DNA from: Candidatus Saccharimonadota bacterium
Lineage (GTDB): Bacteria; Patescibacteriota; Saccharimonadia; Saccharimonadales; UBA4665
DNA length: 52,966 bases
NCBI GenBank assembly: GCA_025927415.1
Contig: JAICLK010000001.1
Location: 1-52,966 of the forward strand
Direction: 5' to 3'
The translations under genes and the position numbers were made by a program. Below are positions 43,855 through 52,337 of the stretch, one piece after another. The notes beneath the pieces are model-generated. The model did not search any database. It saw nothing but the letters and a program-made list of their open reading frames with translations, and was not told the origin of the DNA. The first letter of the stretch is position 1; each line of letters begins with the position of its first letter.

Positions 43855-44105
43855 TGCTTCTGCCTACCCTTCTTCTCAATTTTAGTTAACGCTTGTACTT
43901 GTAAAAGTCCGTTTTGCATGTCCTGGAGTTTATCTTCGACCACTTCGGACTTTACAAATGCCACGCCCCGTCGTTCCGGATTACCGACGACAATCAGCTT
44001 GTCACCTTCTTTTATATTTAAGGCTTCCCGGGCTTCTGCCGGAATAACGACTTGGCCTTTCGTGCCAACTGTCGCTGCTCCCCAAATTTTGATCCTGGGA
44101 AACAT
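43851..44105 (-). CDS. AbrB/MazE/SpoVT-type DNA-binding domain protein
   Basis: 84 aa. VGTKGQVVIPAEAREALNIKEGDKLIVV is a swapped-hairpin barrel motif. ATGA overlap with the MMPL start. Confidence 0.7.
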   Translation of the reverse strand: MFPRIKIWGAATVGTKGQVVIPAEAREALNIKEGDKLIVVGNPERRGVAFVKSEVVEDKLQDMQNGLLQVQALTKIEKKGRQKQ

Positions 44106-44432
44106 TACACTCGTGACCTACTTGTTATACAATTCATACCTTCATACTAAAGCAGAGCCACCTGAAGGACAACTCAATTTTGATTCAGATTGGTACGCAC
44201 CCACAATAATAGGGATGCCCGTTTTATTGGCTAAATCCGGAAAGCTTACGCCTTGCTAGTATTTCTGAATAACACCAGGCAAAGAGGCTGACTTTGGCCC
44301 ATCAGCCCAAGTCGCCGACGTCCATATTTGTCAGTTAGTGTATGGTTAAGATGGTCGTACTTGCCTACTAGTCCTGTCGGCGAGACGCGGTAAGCTCCTT
44401 TTACTTCCGTTTCTGCGCTATACTAAAAGCCT

Positions 44433-45107
44433 ATGTGGCGCGCGAGTTTCTTGAGTGCAGAACGGCTCGTTGCCGACGTTTGGGAATTTAGATTTAGCCG
44501 GCCACCAGGCTATATCTATTTACCTGGCCAATATGCCAGTTTCGGGTTGGAAACATCCATCCACGATCCGCGAGGACGTTACCGAACCATGACACTCACT
44601 TCACATCCGAACGACAACCACGTGGCTTTCGTAACTAAAATTTCCGAGCAACCCAGCCCTTTCAAAACCAAACTCATGCACATGCAGCCAGGCGATTTAA
44701 TTTTGCTCGATGCTGCTTTGGGCGATTTGGTTTTACCGAAGTCGCCAGACTTGCCACTGGTATTTGTTGCTGGCGGTATTGGCATCGCCTCGTATGTCAG
44801 CATGCTGCAAGATTTGATTACACGCAAGGAAGAGCGGCCCATTTTTTTGTTTTATGCGCTCCGTTCGGCGCACGAGCAAATTTTCCGCGGACTCCTAGAC
44901 AGTTATCCGCTTCAGCTCAAAGAAATAGCTATCGCCCCCAATCGTCTCACGGCCGGGCAAATCAAAAGTTCCGTGCCACCAGATGCGCTGATCTATCTTT
45001 CTGGTAGCCAGCGCTTTGTTGAAGGCTTGCAGATCGCGCTCGAGCAGCTCCGCACGCCACGCGGCCAAATCGTCTTTGACTACTACGACGGCTACACCGA
45101 CCTGTAG
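44433..45107 (+). CDS. Ferredoxin-NADP reductase-like FAD/NAD(P)-binding oxidoreductase
   Basis: 224 aa. RYRTMTLTS (an RxYS-type FAD site) and PLVFVAGGIGIASYVSML (an NAD(P)-binding GGxG motif). Confidence 0.6.
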   Translation: MWRASFLSAERLVADVWEFRFSRPPGYIYLPGQYASFGLETSIHDPRGRYRTMTLTSHPNDNHVAFVTKISEQPSPFKTKLMHMQPGDLILLDAALGDLVLPKSPDLPLVFVAGGIGIASYVSMLQDLITRKEERPIFLFYALRSAHEQIFRGLLDSYPLQLKEIAIAPNRLTAGQIKSSVPPDALIYLSGSQRFVEGLQIALEQLRTPRGQIVFDYYDGYTDL

Positions 45108-45116
45108 CTACTGAGT

Positions 45117-46067
45117 CTACGAAGTTTGCTTGTGGCCTTCGAGGTATTCGCGGATGCGGAGGGCGGCCGTGGCGCCTTCGCCGGTAGCGGTGGCGATTTG
45201 CATGGTCGAGCCGCTGCGCACGTCGCCAGCGGCGAACACGCCGGTAATGTTCGTCTCAAGATCTTCGTTCGTTTTTACAAGGCCAATCTCGTCCAGCTCA
45301 ATAGCTGAGTTCTTCAGAAATTCGGTGTTTGGTTTGAGCCCAACGAACACAAACACGCCGTCGGCTGGAAACTCAATCTTTTTGCCAGAAGCATTGTCGG
45401 TACCGACAACTTTCACCACATGGTTATCTTCGCCAACAATTTCGTTGGTCGCCGTTTGCAAGTGAACGGTGATTTTGCCAGCATCGACCATTTTTTGCAG
45501 ATCATGCTGTAACACTTCCGATGCGCGCAGTTCGCTGCGAACCAGCAAATCGATGTGCGTTGCATAACGGGTCAAGAACAGGCTTTCTTGTACGGCCGAG
45601 TTGCCGCCGCCAACCACCACCAGCCGTTTGTCACGATAAAACGCGCCGTCGCACGTGGCGCAGTAGTGCACGCCGCGGGCATAATATTCCTGCTCGCCTG
45701 GCACACCAATTTTTTTGTAATCGCTGCCGGTGGCAATTAGCACTGTTTTGGCCAGCATGTCACCGCTGGTTGTTTCGAGTTTCAGTAGTTTACCTTCCTT
45801 GGCAATGTTCGTCACTTCGCCCAACTCAATGACCGCGCCAAAACGCTCGGCCTGCTTGCGCAAATTCTCGGCCAGCGTCAGACCTTCAATGCCGTCCGGA
45901 AAGCCCGGGTAGTTATCTACCATATCAGTAACTGCCGCCAAACCGCCAACCACGCCGCGCTCGAACAGTAGCGTCTCAATATCTTCACGCGTTGTGTACA
46001 CCGCCGCCGCCAAGGCCGCCGGGCCTGCGCCAACCATAATTACATCGTGGACTTTTGTCTCTGTCAT
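45117..46067 (-). CDS. trxB: Thioredoxin-disulfide reductase
   Basis: 316 aa. GAGPAALAAAVY FAD site, the redox-active CATCDG and GGGNSAVQESL NADPH site. Confidence 0.9.
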   Translation of the reverse strand: MTETKVHDVIMVGAGPAALAAAVYTTREDIETLLFERGVVGGLAAVTDMVDNYPGFPDGIEGLTLAENLRKQAERFGAVIELGEVTNIAKEGKLLKLETTSGDMLAKTVLIATGSDYKKIGVPGEQEYYARGVHYCATCDGAFYRDKRLVVVGGGNSAVQESLFLTRYATHIDLLVRSELRASEVLQHDLQKMVDAGKITVHLQTATNEIVGEDNHVVKVVGTDNASGKKIEFPADGVFVFVGLKPNTEFLKNSAIELDEIGLVKTNEDLETNITGVFAAGDVRSGSTMQIATATGEGATAALRIREYLEGHKQTS

Positions 46068-46086
46068 ATGTTCATTGTACCTGAAA

Positions 46087-46335
46087 CTACGCTACGGCGG
46101 GAGCAAGCTTGGCCAAGTTATAGCCAATAACAACTTGCCTGGTGTCGTCTTGTTTGGTAACAACGGTGATGGGCACGGTCATTGCGCCGCTCAGGGCAAG
46201 TGCTTCGGCCTGTCGTTCGGGCTGTTCGTCAAGGTTGACTACGTCGTATGGCAAACCCTTTGCCCCCAAGTATTTCTTCACCATAGCGCAGTAAGCGCAG
46301 GTGTTCGTCGTGAAGATAGTGATGTTTTTGACCAT
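46087..46335 (-). CDS. Glutaredoxin/NrdH-like small redoxin
   Basis: MVKNITIFTTNTCAYCAMVKKYL carries a CxxC motif. I chose ATG 46335 (SD AGGAGGG) rather than the longer ORF-track start. Confidence 0.7.
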   Translation of the reverse strand: MVKNITIFTTNTCAYCAMVKKYLGAKGLPYDVVNLDEQPERQAEALALSGAMTVPITVVTKQDDTRQVVIGYNLAKLAPAVA

Positions 46336-46457
46336 GGAAAACCCTCCTCTTTTGTTAAGCAGTTTTTGTTTTGGCTGACTGCTTTTGTTGTAATCATCAG
46401 TATAAATTAGCGTGAGCATTAACGTCAAGAGCACTATATATTGTGCTTTTTACGCCA

Positions 46458-46988
46458 TTAGCTGCCAATTTTATGGAGCGTCACATCGAACACCAGCGCA
46501 GCATTTGCCGGAATGCCCGAGCCTTGCGGCGGATTGGCACCATACGCTTCGTTTGCCGGAATGAGAATTTGGCGCGTGCCGCCGACTTTCATGCCCGGAA
46601 TGCCGAGTTGCCAACCTTTGATAACCTGGTTCAGGCTAAAGGACACCGGCTGGCCGCTATCTTTACTGCTTTGGAAAATAACACCAGTGCTGGCAATAGC
46701 ACCAGTGTAGTCGACCGTCACGGTATCGCCCGCCTTTACCGCAGTGCCCGAGCCAGCTTGCAGGTCGGTCGTTTTGAGCGTGGCTACACTACCTACCGGT
46801 GTAAAGTCGGCCAACTTTGTGCCCTGCAGCACTTGCGCTTGCGCTGCTTTCGACGAATTACTGTCTGCATTATGCTTCGAGCTATACCATTGCACTCCTA
46901 CGGCAATCGTCATTGCCGACGCAAAAACAAAAAATCCAATAGCTAATACCAACGCTGTAATCCTTTCGCGCTTCTTAGTTTCACTCAT
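46458..46988 (-). CDS. FKBP-type peptidyl-prolyl cis-trans isomerase with an N-terminal membrane anchor
   Basis: GDTVTVDYTGAIASTGVIFQSS...VIKGWQLGIPGMKVGGTRQILIPANEAYG is the FKBP signature. Confidence 0.85.
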   Translation of the reverse strand: MSETKKRERITALVLAIGFFVFASAMTIAVGVQWYSSKHNADSNSSKAAQAQVLQGTKLADFTPVGSVATLKTTDLQAGSGTAVKAGDTVTVDYTGAIASTGVIFQSSKDSGQPVSFSLNQVIKGWQLGIPGMKVGGTRQILIPANEAYGANPPQGSGIPANAALVFDVTLHKIGS

Positions 46989-46989
46989 A

Positions 46990-47448
46990 TTATTTTACTC
47001 CTTGACCTGGCCTTATTGTTTGTACTGTATCGGGAAATCCATGCAAAAAACAATCAACTAAAACGTTTTTGAGTGTTTCGGACAAGAAATTGACGCTGGG
47101 CAAATCTTTAACTGGCAGCCACATAGGCTTGTAGAGGTTTTGGCCGAGCGCGTGAATTTTGCCTTCGTCCGAGGTTGCTGGCAGTGAAACTTCGCCACCC
47201 ACGTAATCGCACAAAAAGATGTACTGGTCGCCGTACGGATCGCCCGCTTGTTCGATGAACAGAAGCCGAGGGTTCGCGACGTCCAGGGTGGTTTCCTCTT
47301 TTACTTCCCGCAGCGCCGTTTGCTCGGGCGTTTCGCCCCTGTCCACACCGCCGCCAACGAGCGCATAATATTCCTCACCGAATTTGTTGCGATGCATCAC
47401 GAGCAATGCATCGTCTTTAACTACCACTACCCTCGCAGCTCTTCTCAT
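46990..47448 (-). CDS. NUDIX hydrolase
   Basis: Nudix box GGGVDRGETPEQTALREVKEETTL. Confidence 0.8.
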   Translation of the reverse strand: MRRAARVVVVKDDALLVMHRNKFGEEYYALVGGGVDRGETPEQTALREVKEETTLDVANPRLLFIEQAGDPYGDQYIFLCDYVGGEVSLPATSDEGKIHALGQNLYKPMWLPVKDLPSVNFLSETLKNVLVDCFLHGFPDTVQTIRPGQGVK

Positions 47449-47457
47449 ACCTAAATA

Positions 47458-49947
47458 TTATACACGCTCTGCGCCGAGTTTTTGCTGAAGTTCGGCTGCT
47501 GCTTGATCTAATAGTTTTGCAACTTCGGCGTCGGTGAGTGTGCGTTCGTAGCTGGCTATACGCAAGCGGAAGGTAAAGTTTTTGTGCGAGGCATCTTCAG
47601 CTGGCTGGAAAATGTCGAGTGGTTCCAGACGAGTTTGCGTCTGGCCGATGGCGTTTTCACCAATTGCCCGATCCAGTGCAGCGAGCACTTCGCCGTAAGT
47701 TTTACCCGCATCGACTTTTAGCGTAATGTCCTGCGTAACTTTCGGGAAACGTGGCAATGGCATGTACTGTCGGTACGCAAGCGCATTGATATAGGCCTGT
47801 GTTTCTATTTCAAAGCCAGCACAGAACTTTGGCAGCTTAAGTGCTTTTATAATACTCGGCCGAAATTCGCCGATAGTGCCTACAAAATCATCATGCAAAT
47901 TAATGCGTGCCGCACGGCCAAGTTGCCATACGTTTGCAGCTTGGTACGCCTGTCGTTCAGCTTCAAATGGCTCGTATTCCAGCTGCTGGCCAAATAATGC
48001 TTCGAGATATTCTCGGGCAGCGTAAAACGGCGCACCCTCTGGTGCATGCCTGTCGTCAGTAGCAATCACGAGTGTCGTAACCTCATCCTCGGCTGGCAGA
48101 CCTTCTTCGTCTAACTTGAAGTCTTTGTCGTGGATTTTGCCCAGCTCGAACAATGCGAACTCACCATAACCGGCTTTTAAGTTGGCGTGGACTTTGTCAA
48201 GTAAGCCAGGCAAAAGGCTCGGACGGAAATACTGCAGATCTGGACTTAACGCGTTGTCTAGCCGGTAAGCTTGTGCTTTGTCTTGGCCGACTTTGTCCAG
48301 CAAATTGCCGTGCACGAAGCTGTAGGTGAGAACTTCGTTGGCACCAGCTTTTGCGAGGCGTTTGCGGATTTCGGCTTTGGCTTCGATTAGCTCGTCTTTT
48401 GGTGCTGGCGTGATATCGCGCTGCGGCAGTTCCAGCGGCAAATGGTCGTAGCCATATAAGCGGCCAACTTCTTCAACCACGTCTTCGGGAATCTCGATGT
48501 CGGTGCGCCAGAACGGCGCTTTCACGGTGAGTTCGTCGCCGTTTTGCGAAACGTCGAACTCTACGTTTTTAAGTAACTGTGCCATTTCATCGGCAGAAAG
48601 TTGAAGGCCGAGGCGAGCATTAATGAATTCGGTCGTCACTTGCACCGGTGCATACGCCGAGCCACGTTCCAACGTTTCCGCCGACACATGATTGACATCA
48701 ACAACATGCCCAGCCACTTTGCCGCCGGCTAGCTTGCGCATGTCATCCACTATTTTTGCCAGCACTGCTAGGTTTTGCAGTGGGCTTTGGCCTTTGGTGA
48801 AGCGCGTTACGGCGTCGGTAAACAGGCCGTGACGCATGCTGGTCCGGCGAATGGTGTACATGTCGAACGTGGCGCATTCCAGAATGATATTCTTAGTTTC
48901 ACTACTTACTTCGGTTTCACTGCCGCCCATCACACCGCCGAGGCCAATCGCCTTTTCGCCATCGGTAATCACTATGTCTGCGTCGTTTAGCTCAATAGTT
49001 TTTCCGTTCAGCAGCGCAAGTTTTTCACCATTCCTGGCGTTACGCACGCCAAGTTTGCCCGTGGCAACTTTATCGTAATCGTAGGCGTGCAGTGGCTGGC
49101 CGGTAACCAGCATATAAAAGTTGGTTAGGTCGACGATATTGTTGATGGGCTTCTGGCCAACCCGGGCAAGTGTCGCTTGCAGCCACACTGGGCTCGGCTT
49201 TACTGCAACATCGCGCAGGGTGATGGCTATGAAACGCGGCACGAGTTCTGGTAGCTCGTTTTGCACTTCCAGTCGGAGTTCTTCAACTTCAACGCCAGGA
49301 AAATCTGGGGTGGTTTTGTACCAGTCGGGGCTGGTGAATTGCTGGCCGAGAATACCGGCAATTTCGCGCGCCACACCTAATGCGCCGAAACAATCCGGCC
49401 GGTGCGTGAACATCTTATTTTCGATGTCGATAATGCAATCGTCCATGCGATAGGCTTCAGCAAATGGCGTGCCGGGCGCAACGTCCTTGTCGACTTCCAG
49501 CAAGCCTTCGTGGCCTTCGCCAATGGCGAGCTCTTTCGGGCTGGCCATCATGCCATTGCTCACCACACCGCGAAGCGGCCGTGCTTCCAGCACAAACGGA
49601 TCTCTGTCGGCGGTGCTTGGCACGGTTGCGCCAGGTGGCAGCCAAACTGCCAGCATGCCGGCATGCACGTTTGGCGCGCCGCAGACAATTTGCACTAGGC
49701 CGTTTTCGTCGCGCTCGACATTTTGCGCCTTGCCGCCATCATCTACCTTGCATACGTTCAGGTGGTCGCTGTTTTCGTGACTAACACACTCAACCACTTT
49801 TACGATGAGCGCGCCCTCGTACTTTTTGCCAGTCTCGACAATTTCTTCAATTGCACCCAACTGCGAGCTAATCCGCTCCACCAGCTCGTCCGTTGACGGC
49901 AAATCAAAATCAATAAATTGCCTAATCCAATTCAGGCTAACTTTCAT
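47458..49947 (-). CDS. pheT: Phenylalanine--tRNA ligase beta subunit
   Basis: 829 aa. N-terminal tRNA-binding domain (MKVSLNWIRQF), then B3/B4, B5 and FDX-ACB regions. Confidence 0.95.
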   Translation of the reverse strand: MKVSLNWIRQFIDFDLPSTDELVERISSQLGAIEEIVETGKKYEGALIVKVVECVSHENSDHLNVCKVDDGGKAQNVERDENGLVQIVCGAPNVHAGMLAVWLPPGATVPSTADRDPFVLEARPLRGVVSNGMMASPKELAIGEGHEGLLEVDKDVAPGTPFAEAYRMDDCIIDIENKMFTHRPDCFGALGVAREIAGILGQQFTSPDWYKTTPDFPGVEVEELRLEVQNELPELVPRFIAITLRDVAVKPSPVWLQATLARVGQKPINNIVDLTNFYMLVTGQPLHAYDYDKVATGKLGVRNARNGEKLALLNGKTIELNDADIVITDGEKAIGLGGVMGGSETEVSSETKNIILECATFDMYTIRRTSMRHGLFTDAVTRFTKGQSPLQNLAVLAKIVDDMRKLAGGKVAGHVVDVNHVSAETLERGSAYAPVQVTTEFINARLGLQLSADEMAQLLKNVEFDVSQNGDELTVKAPFWRTDIEIPEDVVEEVGRLYGYDHLPLELPQRDITPAPKDELIEAKAEIRKRLAKAGANEVLTYSFVHGNLLDKVGQDKAQAYRLDNALSPDLQYFRPSLLPGLLDKVHANLKAGYGEFALFELGKIHDKDFKLDEEGLPAEDEVTTLVIATDDRHAPEGAPFYAAREYLEALFGQQLEYEPFEAERQAYQAANVWQLGRAARINLHDDFVGTIGEFRPSIIKALKLPKFCAGFEIETQAYINALAYRQYMPLPRFPKVTQDITLKVDAGKTYGEVLAALDRAIGENAIGQTQTRLEPLDIFQPAEDASHKNFTFRLRIASYERTLTDAEVAKLLDQAAAELQQKLGAERV

Positions 49948-50393
49948 ACTTCTTCCTTCAAAACGTCAATGTATATTCCATCTTTCTCACCCTCGGCATT
50001 GCGCCAAACTTTCTCCGGAACCACTTTATACAGACAGATCGGTTGGCCCGGCAACATTTCTTCGAGCCGCCAATATGGCACAGTATGTCGAATTTTTAGC
50101 TGCTCGTGGATGGCGGCAATTTCGTCCTTATTTGTCAGTTCTTCAGCATGGCCTTTTACATAGACCCCTTCGCCTTCGCCAGGTGGAACAGTCGAATCGT
50201 AGATAACCAAAAATACTTTATTATTGGCATGGATATTTTTGGAATGCTGACTATCTTTATATGAACCCCAATAAAAATTACCCTTTGCGTCAGTAACGCT
50301 AAAAACGGGCGTATTCCAAGGCTGGCCGTTTTCATCCGCTGTTGCAAGCGTAATGTAGGATATTTTTTCGAGAATATCTTTTGTAGAAGTCAT
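49944..50393 (-). CDS. Pyridoxamine 5'-phosphate oxidase-family (FMN-binding split-barrel) protein
   Basis: MTSTKDILEKISYITLATADENGQPWNTPVF... is typical of PNPOx-like/general-stress-26-type proteins. It has ATGA overlaps with the pheS stop and the pheT start. The ORF-track N-terminal extension to 50618 was rejected. Confidence 0.7.
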   Translation of the reverse strand: MTSTKDILEKISYITLATADENGQPWNTPVFSVTDAKGNFYWGSYKDSQHSKNIHANNKVFLVIYDSTVPPGEGEGVYVKGHAEELTNKDEIAAIHEQLKIRHTVPYWRLEEMLPGQPICLYKVVPEKVWRNAEGEKDGIYIDVLKEEV

Positions 50394-51445
50394 GCGAATT
50401 GCCTCAGGAAATTTAGGTTGGCGGAATGGAAGTGACGGATGTCTTCTATGCCGTATTTCATCATCACTAGGCGCTCTAGGCCGCAGCCCCAGGCGAAACC
50501 GGTGAACTCGTTGCTGTCGATGCCAGCCATTTTCAGCACATTTGGGTGAATCATGCCCATGCCGAGCAGCTCGATCCAGCCGGTGTGGCTGCAAATGTTG
50601 CAGCCTTTTTTGTGACAAAACGGACAGCTGAGCGCAAGCTCGAAACTCGGCTCGGTAAATGGAAAGTAGAATGGCTGGCTTTTGATTTCGATGTCCTGCT
50701 GGTAATACTCACTCAAAAAGGTCTTAAAAGTAGCAAGCAAGTTTCCGGCGTGGATGCCTTTGTCCACATAAACACCTTCAAACTGGTGGAAGGTATGTTC
50801 GTGGCGAGCATCGAGGTCTTCATTTCTAAATACACGGCCGGGTAATAGCACGGCAATGGGTTTGCCGTTTTCGAGGTTGCCTTTGTACTTTTGTAGCACG
50901 CGGTTTTGCATGGTTGAGGTGTGCGCCGGCGCGATGAGCCGGTTACCATTTTTGTCGGTTTCTTTGGTCATGAAGGTGTCATAATCGTCACGCGCGGGGT
51001 GACCTTCGGGAAAGTTGAGGCTGCTGAACATGTGCCAGTCGTCGTCTAGCTCGCGCGACTCCACAGCGGTAAAGCCCATACGATAAAAAATATCAAGCAC
51101 GGTTTCCAGCTCGCGTGACAACGGATGGACTGTGCCATTTTCGCTCGGCAACAGCGCCGGACGCTTGTCGGCTGGTACGTTTACGTCGAACGGTGCAGTG
51201 ATATCGATGGGTGGCAGCGCCTCGGCTGCTTCTTCATGCTCTGCAACCAACCGCTCCAGTTCGGCCTTCAGCGCGTTAATTGCTTGGCCGAACTCGCTGC
51301 GTTGCTCTTGCGGCAACGTTGGAAGTTGGCCGTACAGTGCGCGGAGTTCAACCGCCTTCAAAATGTCAGCTTTGTTTTCCAGCTCGCCGAAACGATTCTT
51401 CAAAAGCGTAGCAACGTCAGCAATCTGTTGATTTTGGTAACTCAT
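50390..51445 (-). CDS. pheS: Phenylalanine--tRNA ligase alpha subunit
   Basis: 351 aa from ATG 51445 (MSYQNQQIADV...). Class II motifs include FRNEDLDARHEHTFHQFEG and GFAWGCGLERLVM. The ORF-track start at 51916 was rejected. Confidence 0.95.
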   Translation of the reverse strand: MSYQNQQIADVATLLKNRFGELENKADILKAVELRALYGQLPTLPQEQRSEFGQAINALKAELERLVAEHEEAAEALPPIDITAPFDVNVPADKRPALLPSENGTVHPLSRELETVLDIFYRMGFTAVESRELDDDWHMFSSLNFPEGHPARDDYDTFMTKETDKNGNRLIAPAHTSTMQNRVLQKYKGNLENGKPIAVLLPGRVFRNEDLDARHEHTFHQFEGVYVDKGIHAGNLLATFKTFLSEYYQQDIEIKSQPFYFPFTEPSFELALSCPFCHKKGCNICSHTGWIELLGMGMIHPNVLKMAGIDSNEFTGFAWGCGLERLVMMKYGIEDIRHFHSANLNFLRQFA

Positions 51446-51489
51446 TACCGTTTTATTATATCTTTGGCAAGATATAATTTCCAGTGCTC

Positions 51490-51516
51490 GGAAAATTGGA
51501 GTAAACTCCAATTTCC
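51490..51516. repeat. Near-perfect palindrome GGAAAATTGGAGT-AA-ACTCCAATTTCC in the pheS/yajQ divergent region
   Basis: Read directly from the sequence; there is one bulged A in the left arm. Confidence 0.6.
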
Positions 51517-51542
51517 TGCGTGCTTCGTTTATACTATTTTCT

Positions 51543-52040
51543 ATGGCAAATTTCTCATTCGATATCGTGAGTGAATATGACAAGGCGGAGATGAACAACG
51601 TCTTCGACCAGACGCAACGTGAGCTGGCCAGCCGGTATGACTTTAAGGGCACGCCGGCCGAGGTTGCGTGGCTGAATAGCGACAAAACTGGCCTGAAAGT
51701 TACCGGCAACGGCGATTGGCAGATTGACGCCATTCTCGACATTGTCCGTAAAAAACTCGCTACGCGTGGGCAGAGCCAAAAAGTTTTAGATATTTCGAAA
51801 GAACCGGTTGTGGCAAACCTGAAAACCACCAAGGAAGTGCCCTTCAAGCAAGGGCTCGACCAAGATAAGGCCAAGCAAATCACCAAGCTCCTGCGCGACG
51901 AATTTCCAAAGGTCAAAGCCCAAATTCAGGGCGACGCCGTACGCGTAACTTCTGGCAGTAAGGACGATTTGCAAGCCGTTATGCAGCTTCTCAAAGCCAA
52001 AGATTTTGACTTTCCGTTGAGTTTTACGAATTATCGCTAG
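51543..52040 (+). CDS. yajQ: YajQ family nucleotide-binding protein (UPF0234)
   Basis: 165 aa. MANFSFDIVSEYDKAEMNNVFDQTQRELASRYDFKG is the characteristic YajQ N-terminus. Confidence 0.85.
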   Translation: MANFSFDIVSEYDKAEMNNVFDQTQRELASRYDFKGTPAEVAWLNSDKTGLKVTGNGDWQIDAILDIVRKKLATRGQSQKVLDISKEPVVANLKTTKEVPFKQGLDQDKAKQITKLLRDEFPKVKAQIQGDAVRVTSGSKDDLQAVMQLLKAKDFDFPLSFTNYR

Positions 52041-52089
52041 CCACGGTGCACGTAGTTTTTCTATCGAAGACCCGCCCACGTCGGCGCGC

Positions 52090-52278
52090 TCAAATTTCTT
52101 CTTCTGGCTCCATTAAAACCGGCCCGGCCATGAATATATCCAGCATTGCGGCCGCACCAAACGTACCACTGGTACCTTGCGCTTCAGGAGGTGACTCGTC
52201 CCAATATTCAGTCAATGTGGGACTAAAAAACATATCCTCCGGTTCACTATCAATATGTTCAATAGGGGTCTCGCTCAT
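52090..52278 (-). CDS. Small acidic hypothetical protein (62 aa)
   Basis: The only support is ORF length and TATAGT 9 nt before the ATG. No family recognised. Confidence 0.35.
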   Translation of the reverse strand: MSETPIEHIDSEPEDMFFSPTLTEYWDESPPEAQGTSGTFGAAAMLDIFMAGPVLMEPEEEI

Positions 52279-52337
52279 TTACTTATTACTATAACAGTTT
52301 TTGCCAGTAAAATCTAGTATGCGCTATACTATCAAGC

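Noticed and set aside
44288-44309. Shared 10-mer CTTTGGCCCA (plus GGCTGA) between 44.3 kb and the 30.5 kb structured region
   Set aside because: A 10-nt match between a 555-nt query and ~106 kb of two-strand sequence is expected by chance many times over, and the similarity does not extend.
50394-50618. N-terminal extension of the PNPOx-family ORF (Arg/His-rich 75 aa)
   Set aside because: It overlaps the pheS 3' end out of frame. The conserved domain starts at MTSTKD (ATG 50393), which overlaps the pheS stop as ATGA.
51446-51916. N-terminal extension of the pheS ORF to 508 aa
   Set aside because: The extension overlaps yajQ in antisense and looks like noise. Canonical PheS begins at MSYQNQQ (ATG 51445), which has a -10 box just upstream.
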